From Octopus bimaculoides (Eukaryota), in the NCBI RefSeq assembly GCF_001194135.2, contig NC_069001.1, forward strand, positions 27,385,852-27,449,851: 64,000 nt of DNA, written 5' to 3'. Shown in pieces: positions 38,712 through 54,135 of the stretch (position 1 is its first letter; the number at the start of each line of letters is the position of its first letter). A model generated the notes under the pieces. It searched no databases. It saw nothing but the letters and a program-made list of their open reading frames with translations, and was not told the origin of the DNA. The position numbers and the translations under genes are program-made.

Positions 38712-41700
38712 GTATACAATGGGACACATAAAGTCTTCATTTCTCACAACTTGTCCAATAATCATTTCAGTCGAAATTAATTGTATAATTTTTACGCATT
38801 TCTTTTTGTGCATTTGTTTATCTTGTGCGCATACTCCTGTTTTTTTCACAATTCTTAAAAAATATGAGTACCATTGGAGTGACCAATATAGACTTAGTAT
38901 TCGAAAACCTAAGGATTTCCGAAGAGACAAAGGATCAGATTTGAATGAATGGGCTTGAGCTATATATTTTCCCGATATTTTCGTAACGCAATGCAGCAAT
39001 TTTAAACTGTACATTAAGAATTAATCGCTGCATTGCATAAGTGATCACGAATCCCTCTCTATACTCCCAACCTCTCCATTTACCTGTACGTCATTCATAT
39101 ATTCTCCATTGAAGCCATTTACTGTCGCCTTCTGCTTCTGTCTGTGTATGTGACTCTACCTATCCTGCCGCCAGCATTATTTCCAATTCTGTCAAAACAT
39201 GTATCACCTGTTGCTGTCTGTTAGAGCTCCCTTTCCCACAGGGAGATTCCAATATCTTATTTCAAATGTCTAGTGTTCTGGCTTCCCCTTCGGTCCCCTT
39301 TCATCTCACATTTTTAAGGCTCTAAGTTACTCTATTTTTCTGCGGGCATAGTAACGCCCTCATTGTCTTGGACGAATGCTATATTAGCGTTATTTTAACG
39401 TTTCGTTTTCTTTTGTTTTGTCGATCAAATTTATTGCCAAGACGTAAGAGCCCTTTTAAGCCTTCTAATTTTCGTTTCGTTTTATTCCTTCTCCAACAGT
39501 CTAACAACACCATCCAGCTCTTTCGTCGTTAGACCTTCTGCAATCTCTACCTATTTTGCTTTTAATTTATTTTGTATTTTCCCATTTGTACCCTCCTCAT
39601 TCCCTCATACTCACACATCATTAACATGCTGTGTGAGCTGCTCGGATGTAATGATTTGGAATTGCCAGCGGCAAAAATGGCCAGATTTATGCAGGTCTCT
39701 TTCTCTTTTCCAATCGATTATTCTGTCTATTTCTCTGTTTGCTTGACTTAAGCTTTAAAATATTTTCTGTAACGCTCTTAATTCCCAAACTGCGGAAGTC
39801 GACTCGTGACTGAATAAGACCACTTCTTAAACGCATTGCATTCTCAGAAACACTTAACGTTTCGCTTCTTTATTTTTTGATGACGTCTCACATGGCTCAT
39901 AAAACTTGCAAGGGACTTACAAGTTAATCCACATTGATTACAAATTAGTTATTTAGCAGCAGCGTGGCTATGAATATTTTGGAATTTATAATGCTGATTC
40001 CACTGTCTGAGTTATTTTATTACAATGTGTGTACGAGAATTCAGGCTGGATATTACATTGGTATAAAATATACAAGAGCGGCATAATCCTCACATGCAAA
40101 CATGCTTCCGTGCGTACATACACACACTGATAGATCTCGTATACATACATACATACATACATGTGAGTGTATGTGTTCCTGTATTCATATATATGTATTC
40201 GTACACCAATTCACACTTACACATCAACTTCAAAACAAACAGAAAACTAGAGAGACAAAAGTAAGCGCCATGATACACAGAAATGCAAATGTATACAATT
40301 ATATATGCATTCACCTCTGCACAACGCCAAAGAATTATACCTATAGACGCCTTCACAAAAAGGCAAGTGACCGTTAGTAATTATAAGTCGGTACGTAGAC
40401 ACGCCAAGGCACATGTGTCGTTAGATAGATAAAACTAACGAAGCAAAACGAGAAATACGCCTGTTATCGATCAATAAAAGCTTTTAACATATAAAAAAAA
40501 GTTCAGAGATCACGTTTCAAAAAACTTAAAAGTAATTTTGAGAAAAACTAATTATGTAAAAAAACTCAAACAGAAATTTTAGAGAAATGCATAAAATTAA
40601 GCTCTAGGCGAATTTAAGCAAAAACACGGGATTTTATTTAAATTAAATATACTAAGTCATATACAAACTAAAAAAGTACGCTAATAGCTTGTCACCATCA
40701 TGTTATTGTATATTCTTTTATTCTGCTGATATTAAAACATATGGAAAATAGAGCGGACCAATTGAAACGAAAATAATATCATGAGTCATAGCTACCCTAC
40801 CGCCATTTAACCTATGACCAATGACGTAGGAAAAGCCTGTAACAAAACAGATCGTGATCTCAAATATCCTTGCTTTGAGGAATAAAACTCAGGTAGCCAA
40901 TGATACATATTTGGTGGCTGAAAATTTTTACTTGCAAATTCTATCCCAAAATTATTTAGCGGGAGAAAAAATCCGATTGCGCATTAATAATTAAAACGCC
41001 GCTTATTAATTTTCTTTGCCAGGTTTGCATTTTATCCATAAAAAAGAATAAAAAAAAAACGTTGAATTAGATTTTAAATAATTCGAGTCGTTTTGAAATA
41101 TTTTAAAGGAAATATTTCCTTTGAAGGGAGCATACATTCCCCAAATAGCAGGAATTAAAGATTTGTTGACTTGCGTATGTTGTGCAATTCAAATAAAAAT
41201 TCCATTTGCTGAAGGAAGACTGCACTCAAGCGATGATATTTGAGATCTAAATAATTTTAAGGCATAGGAAACTTAATGATTCAGGAAATCACTTCACATT
41301 TCTCTTAGAATTATGAATTTTCATTTAACATAGCGCCTAATATGTTAATTTCCTATGAATTTCTGTGCTATTCATACTTCAATTATAATGAATCCCTACA
41401 TTACATGCACACAATATATTGAACCAAAAAATGTTGGTTTCAAATTTTCACATTAGGCCAGCGATTTGATGGGAGGGTCTAATCCAATTAAAATAACCCT
41501 GGAGCATAACTGGTACTTATTTTATCGTTCGCGAGGCGATGAAAAGCAGAGTAAACCAAAGCAACATACGAACTCAGAACGTAAAATTGGAAGAAAGGCG
41601 GTTCTGTATTTTATCTGGTGCGGTAACGATTCTGCCAACACAGTGCCCTTACTACACCAAGAATATCAGCCAAAGCTTAGTTAAGCGTATTTTGTCTTCG

Positions 41701-43574
41701 AGTTCGAAATGTTCCTGTTCCTATTTGTTTATAGAATCGTTTACATTGTAAAATATGCTTCAAAAAGAGATTCTTCCCTCTAAATTTACGTCTTTCAATG
41801 AAGAAGAAAAAAAAGCTTTTGATTACCCACAGAATTAACAACAGATTTATTGCTCTGCTTTGCGTGAGTATTCCCTTAGACATGGCAAATGAACATCGTG
41901 AAACTGTTAAACGCTCATTTCACTCTGCCGCTAAGTATTACCAACTTTTAAATGGAATTTATGATGATCAACAGAAAAAACGCTATTTAAATATTTGACT
42001 ATGTTGCTCCTAAAGTCACTTGCTCCCTAAATTAAATCTAAGTCCAATACATTTACTTCGAGTTCCAATTATTTTCTATCTGTATGTGATCCACAAAACT
42101 GAAAACGTGAAAAAAAAAACTGTTTACTAATGAACGATAATTACACACCTAGTGATCATGTAAATTATGATACAACATCAACCTAAAATAAGACTACAAA
42201 ACACGGATTCTTTCACATAGCTACACTTCGCTTCACAGACATCTAGGAATCGGCGATTATAACTAATGAATTGCGGAATTAATCTACGACTCATTTATAT
42301 TCTGGAAATAATAGACCTTGAAAGCAGGAAAGCGTACAAATATTTATGATCAAGTTCCTCGCATCTCGTAACACATTAAGAGAGATTTTTTTTTTCTGTT
42401 GATCATCATAAATTCCGCTTAATTTTCATTTTGCCTCCATTGCTTAATATATATTTTGAAAACGCTCTGATTTACGCAGTTGCATGGACGTACAAATAAT
42501 TGTCTTTACCAATGTGCATATGCAGAAATCCTAACTGCCCCGTACACTACACAGTTGGTTATTTCTTTCTTTCCTTATCGAAAACTTATTATTTAGCAAA
42601 TATATATATGAACTGCTTTCTCTTTCCAAGAATAAAACCTTTTTTAAATATATTTTTTGTGTATTTTTGTATTTCAAAAGAACATGAAAATGCTGAATGC
42701 TTTTTGTCTATTATATTTTAATTATTCTATATTAACCATTATCATATTTAATTATTACACATCTATAATATCGAATTCCTACTCTCTATTTTTCACAACT
42801 TACAGGAATCAGCAGTTTGCTTGCATAATATTTATTTACTCTGGGTACTTTGTTACTTAATTTCCTTTTTATCTTGTTAATGTGCAATAAATTTTCCAAC
42901 TAAAATTTAACTTCAAACATAGTTGTATTCAAGTCATTATATTACGTTATATTTCATAATTAATTTAAGATTTGCACGTGGTTTATATCGATTATATTCA
43001 CTTATTTATCGTTCCTTTTGAATAATTATCCTCGTTTCTGAGTTTCTGTTCTTCCATGGTTTTTGAGTATTCTCTCAAATACTGTAATTGTTCATGTACA
43101 CCCCAATATATTTGTCAGATTCGTTCCTTTGATCATTTCATACTCACCCAAACCTTACTATATATTGAATAGCAGCTACTGTATATCTTTTTGAAGTTAA
43201 ATTCATACGCTGCTCGATTATTCGCCCAAAGACCTTGTCAATTCATGATGTCATCTCAGCTTTGTGTTTACTAAATGTCATTTGTTAGGATTATACATAA
43301 ACATGCAATACTATCTGGATATACGAATGCAATTTAATAATCATTACCCTAAATCCGGTTTCCGGCTTCAGACTAAGAGATATGTCAATCTCTCCATCCT
43401 GAATACGGACCGCGCATTTACGGTAATGTTTATATGCATCCAATACTAGTTGCATATTCTTGAGTTGCCAACATTACAACTATTACGGTATTCCCATCTT
43501 TAAGGAACAGCTGTCGGACCCTAAATAGCATGCCCTCTCCCCTTAGTTTTCTCTATTTTTCGCATTCCATGTAA

Positions 43575-44140
43575 ATCGGGTCCGTTCGTGCTACAGATCA
43601 TGATGGGAGGGATAACTTCCCTTGGCAAACAGGACACAGTAGTGTGTCGATAAGCCAGCTGGAGGAGATGTCCTCCTGGGGCTAAAAGCAACATCCACCC
43701 CTAGGGGTCAGCCACACTTAGGTGGCAATATACTACACTTTATCGTGCAGTTACTGTTAATACTTCATTTAGAGAATTAACATTGCTTGTTTTCACCTTT
43801 TCGATATCAGTGAAGCATTTCACTGGAAAAGTAGATATAAGATTGCCAAGATTTTGTCTCTCTCATCAAAGATCAGTGGCTATCGAACGCCGACGAAGGG
43901 AAATAACCCTGAAACCCGGGTCCGTGCGTGCTACAGATCATGATGGGAGGGATAACTTCNNNNNNNNNNNNNNATCGGGTCCGTTCGTGCTACAGATCAT
44001 GATGGGAGGGATAACTTCCCTTGGCAAACAGGACACAGTAGTGTGTCGATAAGCCAGCTGGAGGAGATGTCCTCCTGGGACTAAAAGCAACAGTAACATC
44101 CACCCCTAGGGGTCAGCCACACTTAAGTGGCAATATACTA

Positions 44141-44143
<3 letters not shown>
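43575..44143 (+). repeat. Near-identical ~165-bp duplication plus a partial third copy around a 14-N gap
   Basis: Copies at 43575-43739 and 43974-44143; partial copy at 43917-43959; gap at 43960-43973. Confidence 0.9.
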
Positions 44144-44182
<39 letters not shown>

Positions 44183-44453
44183 AATATGTATATGTATAAG
44201 TCAATGTTCATTTTTCACATTTATTGCTTTCTGTATATCCTCATATAAATTTACATGTATGTGTGTATATTCTATTTACAAGCCCAAACATGTTTCCTTA
44301 TTTATTTGTATCATTATCTCAATATCAACTCACAAGAATTTCTGTTTTGTCAACCTTAACCCGTGGAGCTAAAGACTTCGTTGTTTAAGTTCAAATCAAT
44401 TGAACACTACTGTGTGATTGGTATATTGAATCTTTATCTCTCACTCCCACTCC

Positions 44454-44498
<45 letters not shown>

Positions 44499-44735
44499 CA
44501 GCGTTGGCCAAAAGTGACATGATAGGTAAATCAAAACTATTTAATTTCAAGTTTAATGCAAAAAATTATTATATGTGAGAATTAACTAATGAGTAGACAA
44601 ATATTAAATAAAAAAAAAAGTGTTATTTTAAGCATTCAATTATTAAACATTCATAATTGGAATAAATAAATAAAATTGAATATTAAGTATTTATTGAATT
44701 TTGAGTTACTGTTAGGTAACTTTTGGCCAACCCTG
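44499..44735. mobile_element. Tc1/mariner-type MITE (237 bp)
   Basis: TA duplication at 44497-44498 and 44736-44737; 20-bp TIRs cagcgttggccaaaagtgac versus cagggttggccaaaagttac. Confidence 0.85.
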
Positions 44736-44744
44736 TATATATCA

Positions 44745-45040
44745 TCTTCATCATCATCATCGTCGTCGTCGTCACCCTCATCGTATAACGTCCGCTTTCC
44801 ACGCTGGCATCGGTTGGAAAGTTTAACTGCGGACTGGCAAGCCAGAAGGCTGCACCAGGCTCCAATCTGATCTGGCAAGGTTTCTACAGCTGGATGCTCT
44901 TCCTAACGCCAACCACTCTGGGTAGAGTGTTTTGAGTGCTTTCTACATGCCACCTTTTACGTGTCACCGGCACGGGACCAGTCAGGTGGCACTGGCATCG
45001 ACTACGTTCGTATGGTGAAATTTAGGTGCCACTAGCAAGG
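44745..45040 (-). mobile_element. RTE-type retroposon 3' end with (GAT)n tail
   Basis: Plus strand reads (cat)n...cgt-taacgtccgctttcc...ggtttctacagctggatgc-cttcctaacgccaacca, an abundant octopus repeat as I recognise it. Confidence 0.65.
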
Positions 45041-45150
45041 GAATATATATATTATTTAAATATATATACTCTTTATGTATATTCTTTTATTTTACTTCTT
45101 TCAGTCATTTGACTCTGGCCATACTGGAGCCGGAACTATGAAGTTGGGAA

Positions 45151-45152
<2 letters not shown>

Positions 45153-45198
<46 letters not shown>

Positions 45199-45478
45199 NN
45201 NNNNNNNNNNNNNNNNNNNNNNNNNNNNNNNNNNNNNNNNNNNNNNNNNNNNNNNNNNNNNNNNNNNNNNNNNNNNNNNNNNNNNNNNNNNNNNNNNNNN
45301 NNNNNNNNNNNNNNNNNNNNNNNNNNNNNNNNNNNNNNNNNNNNNNNNNNNNNNNNNNNNNNNNNNNNNNNNNNNNNNNNNNNNNNNNNNNNNNNNNNNN
45401 NNNNNNNNNNNNNNNNNNNNNNNNNNNNNNNNNNNNNNNNNNNNNNNNNNNNTATATATATATATATATATATATATA
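45153..45478. repeat. (AT)n with 254-N gap (45199-45452)
   Basis: Seen directly. Confidence 0.95.
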
Positions 45479-46004
45479 GATGCCTGCTTAAATGCACGTA
45501 CCTACAAAACTATATATTCCTTTCATATATATATTCTCTCACGCGTACATAAAGACAATTTCTATCTTCCCACATACACTGCAACGACGCCTACCTGATT
45601 ATATTTTCCTACAGAAGAATGGTTTAAGTATTGACAAATTCATATTTTACATCTGGAGCTAAACTATAGCAATACAAATAATTTACTTTACAGCGGATAT
45701 TAAACTCATTTACAATTAAGCAATAAATGAGATATATTCCCAGGAAAGAAACCACTATTAGTTTAGATAACATTACTATGCCATAAAATAGCTATTCGAG
45801 ACATTTTGTACAAATGTGAAAAGGTGTCCTTCTTTCTCGAGTTAGAGAAAGAAACCGACATCTTAAGAAAAATTGTCTTCTTTCCTGATATAATTCGTAG
45901 TGAGGAAGACGCTTTCATTTATTTATAAATTAAAATTAAAAAATGTATATATATCTATCGGACATTACTGCTAATTAGCAATAATCTGAAGGACACTAAT
46001 ACAA

Positions 46005-46049
<45 letters not shown>

Positions 46050-46050
<1 letters not shown>

Positions 46051-46250
46051 GGTGGCGAGCTGGCAGGATAGTTATCACGCTAGGCGAAATGCTTAGCGGC
46101 ATTTCGTCTTCCGTTACGTTCTCAGTTCAAATTCTGCCGCGAGGTCGACTTTGCCTTTCAGTCTTTCTTAAGTACCAGTAAAACACTGGAGTCGACTTTA
46201 TCGACTAGTCCCCTCCCCAAAAATCTGAGGCCCTTGTGGGTCTACTAGAA
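46050..46250 (+). mobile_element. SINE (ggtggcgagctggcag family) after an (ATT)n tract
   Basis: Same head and body as the 6095 copy. Confidence 0.8.
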
Positions 46251-46254
46251 AGGA

Positions 46255-47610
<1,356 letters not shown>

Positions 47611-49048
47611 ACGTACGCAAATCTTAGGCTAGTGTAGATGATTGCAAGTATGTCAAATTGTATCCGAAATACTATTGACCGGAAATGTGAAATCACCCAT
47701 TTTAGGCTAATTTAACGAATATTACGGATTATAATGATATTTCCATTTAGCATACTCTATTAATTTAAGAACTGAAATAATGTCTGCAAGAACTTTTTAA
47801 AACGGGTGTCATATTTATTTCTTATAAAGCCAATACGCAAACACCAATTGTTGCTGTGTTGCAGGGAAAATATATCAAGAGAATATTGCCAAGTAATAAA
47901 TTAATAATAAACACAGATACCAAAATCATCATAAATCATACAATACAGTATGACACAATAAAATGTAGTCCTAATTAACTCCATAAAACAGAAGATTTAT
48001 CTACCACAGGTTCCTCAGTTAGATGAGTTATCCATTGGCAATTGTGATTAGCTGGTAAATGTTATGAAGCGAATAAATTTATCTTTTGTTCATCGAATTA
48101 GGTTCCCTTCTATTCTAACTGGACATATGTATGGCTGAATATACCATATGAAAAATGGTACTCACCCAAGAGAAGCCTTCGTCGTGCCAAGTTCATTCTG
48201 CAGAATATTCTCATTTCTCACATGGGATACGCTTATGACATTGGCTATTTTAATTTATAGTTAATCACATGTTGCAAAACATGCTGCTAATACAATGAAG
48301 TATGTAGAGAAGTGTCTTGTATGTTGCTTCGTGAACAACAGCGTTACTCTAAATTTCCTTGTTTTTGATTGTGTGTATGTGTGTGAGTATATGTGTGTGT
48401 ATGTGAGAGAGTGATAGGGAGAGGGAAGGAAATTGGGGGAGACAAAAAGAAAGACATGTGTTACGTGATACTGTAAGTAAGATAAATCATCGGTTAAGAA
48501 TGGAATAAAAAGAAAGAAGACATTTCGATGTGGAAATGCACAATATCAACTTCCTTGTAGAAGCAGAAGATATGTTCCCTTTAACACGACTTAAACGTGT
48601 TAAATGTGTTGATAAAATGTTTTTTTAAAAGCATTACATAAGGTAGGTAACGATTTCCTTATATGTGTAGAAGTTTCTCCTGTCTGTATAAGTGCTGTGC
48701 TGAAATGTGATGACTTAGGTGTACTCAAGATAAGAACACTAACGAAAATGCGTGATTTTATTAAGATACCAGACAAATATGTTTAGAATTCACAGAAATT
48801 GTCAACAAGTTTTTAGACAAAACAAATCAGAGAACATGAAGATCAATTATTTTTTTCTGTCTGTAGTAATGATGTCATGCGGATATCAGAATAAAGTAAA
48901 TCTATTAGATATTGTAATAAATAATTGCAAATTCTGTTCTGCATTTATTTGATTTGTACAAAATGTATGAATTTGTACATTTATACAATACATTGCTAAA
49001 ATTTAAAACTGCTTCTCCGAAAATCTTATAGTCACCGTCATATTAATG

Positions 49049-49245
49049 TCACCGTCATGGTGTCGGATGACTCCGAAGTGAAGACGGTCGACACCATTCT
49101 AAAGGAATATGAGTCGGTTGCAGGAGATAAAATCAACGTACACAAATCCTAGGCTAGAGTAAATGATTCCAAGTATGTCAAATTGTATCCGTAATACTAT
49201 TGACCGGAAATGTGAAATCACCCATTTTAGGGTAATTTAACGAAT
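49049..49245 (+). repeat. Local duplication of 47525-47720 (LINE RT tail plus downstream sequence)
   Basis: 197 versus 196 bp, highly similar; gtcaccgtcat is repeated at 49031-49041 and 49048-49058 at the left breakpoint. Confidence 0.92.
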
Positions 49246-49829
49246 GTCTATTTATTAGAGCGTTTGTGCAATCAGCACCCTAAATTATATATGGCACTTT
49301 TCGTATAATTTCCACACAGAAATACTCAAAATGCTTCCCAGTTTAATTGTAACGAACCATTGTTTTCACTCATGTATATATCTATAATCACTTAACACAA
49401 TCAATTCGGATACACAATTTACAACAGCTGCAACACAACAATTATACACATGTAGATTTGCATACATTACTACTGAAACAATAATAACACATGTATACAC
49501 TAATGTAATATGCATATTTTTATAGACATGCATATGGTTTTTATTCTCAACAGTCCTTGTCATCAATCTCATTCAGTCTCTTTCCTCTAAGTTTAAGCAT
49601 CAACTTACTTTAAACTCCTGCAATATTCAAGACGCCTCGTACACACAGACCCAAATGTATGCATATAGACAGACACAGTTACATGTAGAGCATAGTTATA
49701 CAACTTTGTTTTAACTTTCGGAAACAAATCGCATTTGTGTATAAACGCATGTTTATGTAAGAGTGTCTCTGTAATTTCTGCTTGAATGAAAATAAATTAT
49801 TTCATATAGACATATTAAATCTAGATATA

Positions 49830-51170
49830 TTTCGTTAGACGGGAGAAATTTGATAAATAAAACACCTAAGATTATTTTGCCATTTTTAATCGATTTCCGT
49901 CTATGTAAAGTGTTCGTAAAATTACTGTACAAATAGAGGCGCTCAAAAGTTTGATGAATTTTCTAATGCGTGTGTAATGAAAGTAACTATTTGGGTCAAT
50001 TAAGATTATTTATATTTTACTCTATATTCACGCACAAATGGTTAAAATTTAAAATTAAATCTAGCGCCAACAAGTAGAAAGAGAATCTTTAATAGGAAAA
50101 AGGGGTTTGTTGTTTTGAGGGTTATGTAATAAAATCATATTATGTCTGTCATAGCATCCATACAGAAATTTTGTAACAATACAAAGTTGACATTGAATGG
50201 AAAAAAATAACATTCTTATATATTTACTTATTCTTGTAATGCACTGAGCTCAAATTGAATATTTTGACATTCTTAGTGAAATTAAATAAGTATTCTTCAA
50301 ATTACAAAACTCTGATGCCGAGTGTTTTCAAATATCTCAGAATTTTTCAAATATAACGCACAGTTCTCTGACAAAATACAATGAATAAAATTTAACATTT
50401 GTTATATGTCTGTATGAAAATGATGTATATACAGGTTAAGTTGAAAATCAACTTTAGATAGATAACCTACTTGTAGATACATACAAGCATTCTTGTGAAG
50501 AAAAGGAACTTTGTAAATAGACATTACAAAGAATTTCAACTTGAACTCAAAATTCCAAATTAGACCTGTAAAATTTTAGATTCCATTATTAATGGAATAC
50601 TCTACAAGAAGCGCAAATGCTTTAATATTGATAACATTGTTGCTATTTAAATATTTTTACGAAAGAAGCCTTTCATACTATTCAGGAACAAAACTATAGA
50701 AAATAAATTTAGAAAAGTTTCGATAAAGAAGTAGACACAATTTTACAAGTATAATCCATAATTCCATATATTGAGACTTTCAGTAACCAGCAACGGATTC
50801 AGCAACGTCACCAAAGATTAATATCTTTGATATGAGTTGGATAGTGTAAGACAGAAATGTTAAGTGAAGTAACTCAATTATACGAACCACCGATTTTTAA
50901 TAGAATTTTATCAAATAGTTATTTGTAATATGGATATAGTGATAGTTTACTTTAAATAACTCTATTCCAAAACAATTGTTTTCAACAATTTTTATTATAA
51001 CATTGATTATTCTGTGGATGCAATCATTTTTAAGTGATCTTGAAAGTTATGTTTATTAAGAATCATATTCCAAGCATTGTTAGCGAAATATATGAAACAT
51101 AATGCATATGACGTCAATACAGAACACCCATTAAGTTAATATTCAGCATTTAATAACTTTACAGTAAGTT
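49830..51170 (+). pseudogene. Possible fourth NACHT-like relic, opposite orientation
   Basis: SLDG (~49832), FHTIQE (50671-50688) and LFCG (51007-51018, same frame as FHTIQE); donor-like gtaagt near 51165. Motif spacing is longer than typical. Confidence 0.22.
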
Positions 51171-51924
51171 AATAAACTGATTGGTAACTATACACATATT
51201 GTATTAAAACCAAAGATATATACTATAAAGTTCACATCTGAAACACCAAAATACGTCAACGTAAACTGCATTATTCCCACTTCTCAAATTTACGCTTTTA
51301 TAAACCCTTGATATGTGCAAATACTATGACCGGGACTTGCCATAAACAAATTCAAGAAGCATTAAATCCAATGGACATACTACAATGTATAGAAATGTAT
51401 AGACTTAAACGAACAAACCCATAAGTTTAGACCGTAGCCTTATTTTTTCTTTGTTGTGTGTATAGTGTAAGCTCTGAAAGATAGATACAATTAGAGAAAA
51501 TTTATACAAGAGTATAATTAGAAAATTACTGGGGGAGGTGCATGTAGAAACGGACATTTATAAGAGCAAAAGAATATAAATTAGAAGCAGTGCTAGAGTT
51601 GTAAATGTGGACACAATGATGAACATCGATGTTTCGCCATTTTTTTGCGCTTATAAGTATCATGTACCTGAATCGAATTGGAGGCGTATTGACTCGCCCA
51701 TCCATACAAAAGCAGCATTGGTCTAATTCATATTTGAATTTATTCTTACAGATACATCACCGGCCCATATTAACATTTAAAAAAACAAAATCCATTTGTA
51801 TATGGCCGTGAACAGGCGATTCAGTTCGTCACCAATTCAGTTTAGGTACGTGATGTTGACAAGCGACAAAATGACGAAATATCCATATCCATCGCTCCTG
51901 AATGGGATTTAGAGTGAGTTGCCT

Positions 51925-52250
51925 CACCTGTCTATGGCTTTCATACGTTTTAATACCTGAGGCTTTCAGGTGATAACGAATGCAGTCAGAAAACCTGTTG
52001 CATCGCTTCCTACAGGCGACAGCTTTACAGTTTAAGTTGCAGCAGACATGTCACGTCTAACTGCTTTTAGATTTTCAACAAGGCCTGCCGCAGCAGTCAC
52101 GGTGTCGGCATTTTACACCCAACGCTAAACATTATGATGCAGTAAAATGTTTTCCAGTATTCAGATGGTATCCAGTCCTCCACGTTAGCTAACATTTGCT
52201 CAACTACAACTTTGATAGTTATACTCTCCAAAGCTGCTAATTTTTCCCCA
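51925..52250 (-). pseudogene. Unidentified exon-like relic
   Basis: EKLAALESITIKVVVEQMLANVEDWIPSEYWKHF, then after a frameshift NADTVTAAAGLVENLKAVRRDMS...KRMKAID, ending at AG|gtgagg. Confidence 0.25.
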
Positions 52251-52372
52251 ACATGTTTCGCATATACATATATGTGTATTTGTTCTATGTATATATGTGT
52301 GTATGTGTATTATTCATATATTACATATACACACATATATTTGTATATACGTTATATACATACATATATGCG

Positions 52373-52415
<43 letters not shown>

Positions 52416-53897
52416 GTACGTATATACATAAACGTGTGTGTGTGTATGTGTGTGTGCTATCACCTCTACCTATATCTTGTCATGTTTTATCTTCATGAGA
52501 TTCCTCTCAGAAGCACCGACAATGAAATACTAAACAGAAGGACGGAAAGTGTTATTAGTTGACTTCATCTTCCAAACGGAAAATAAATAAATAAATGAAA
52601 GCCTTTAATTAAGAGCGTGCATGGAAAAATGAACTAGTCGTTAATATTGAACAAGAACTGAAAAATACATCAAATTTGAACATAGATACGTGTGTCTTCA
52701 ACTAACAGGTTTATTTTTTAAGTAAACACCCGATGATAGATTATCGGGAAATGCAGAAAATTTGTGAAGTACTCCTTACGAAGCTTGAATGCTCCATCTT
52801 CAACGAACGTAATTTACAAATGTTCACAAATATAAAAGAGAAGTGTTGCATTTTTTTGCTACTACTTCCTTATATTCTTTCTTTAAACCGTCCTTATCTA
52901 CTCCTACTTTACTCTTACTTTTCGGATATCTCTTACTGCTATTAAGTGCATTTACAACTTTTGTAGATCTAGTATTCTAGATATTGCATTAAATTCTCTC
53001 ATGATCGCATATAGGCTTTTGTTTTTCTTCCAATACAAAAGTAAAGAAATAAAACGATTAAATGACAGTATGTTTTTTATATTGATTATTGCGCAGCGAG
53101 TGTGTAGGTAGAGGGGCACAAGCAACTATATAACCCTGTGTTTGTATTGAATGTGAAAAAGAAAGAATATATTCAATAATGACAAACTTTAAAGAACGAA
53201 TTATTCAATGAAAAAAAAATTGTTTTCGCGTATGCCTTTGATATCGTGACCCTACAATCCTCTTTATTATTACTTTTCTTTTTTAGTTCTGTAAGTAAAT
53301 ATTTCACCAGATCTCGAATGCAATTGTTATTATGACAGCATGAAGTAAAAAAAAAAAAAAAAAAATGCCAAAATAAATTTTTCAAAATATGTTTTTGTCA
53401 AATAATTTGTTTTACAACAGTAGGTAATTTTTTAAGACCAATTTTCGTATTGTTTTCCTTAAAATATTTTTTCTGACGTTGCCTAATATAAAGAGCAATG
53501 AGATTTTGTTTCTCATAAAAATCTATGCTTTAAAAGTGTTATAAAACGTTTTAAGATCGTTTTTCTTCCTACATACTCGTTCTAACGTAGAATAATAAAG
53601 GAGTTAATATGATTGAATATTTCTCAAATAAACTACATACTATACATAAGGTAGGTATGAAGGTGTTTATCATATTTACCCTTACATATTCAAAACTTCG
53701 GTGCCTTCGATGTTCAGCTTTCAAACAATTGTTAATCTGAATTTTAAAGCAGTCAACATCGGTCTTCTCGAGTTCAGCTTTTTCCTGTTCAGCGCCAAGA
53801 ACTAAGAATTCTAAATATTATATATGTATGGAAATATTTGAGTATGAATACATACATATAGAGATATTATCTATTGTATATATGAATATATATATAT

Positions 53898-54099
53898 TCG
53901 TTTATTCTTTTACTTCAGTCATTTGACTGCGGCCATGCTGGAACACCACCTTTAGTCGACCAAGTCGACCCCAGGATTTATTCTTTATAAGCCTAGTTCT
54001 TATTCTATCGGTTCTTTTGCTGAACAGCTAAGTTACGGGGACGTAAGCAAACCAGGATCCATTGTCAAGCGATGTTGAGGATACAAATACACGAACACA

Positions 54100-54100
<1 letters not shown>
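53898..54100. mobile_element. Near-complete SINE (tcagtcatttgactgcggccatgctgg family)
   Basis: Longest copy of the family also seen at 945, 35610 and 45090; followed by (ACAT)n. Confidence 0.85.
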
Positions 54101-54135
<35 letters not shown>

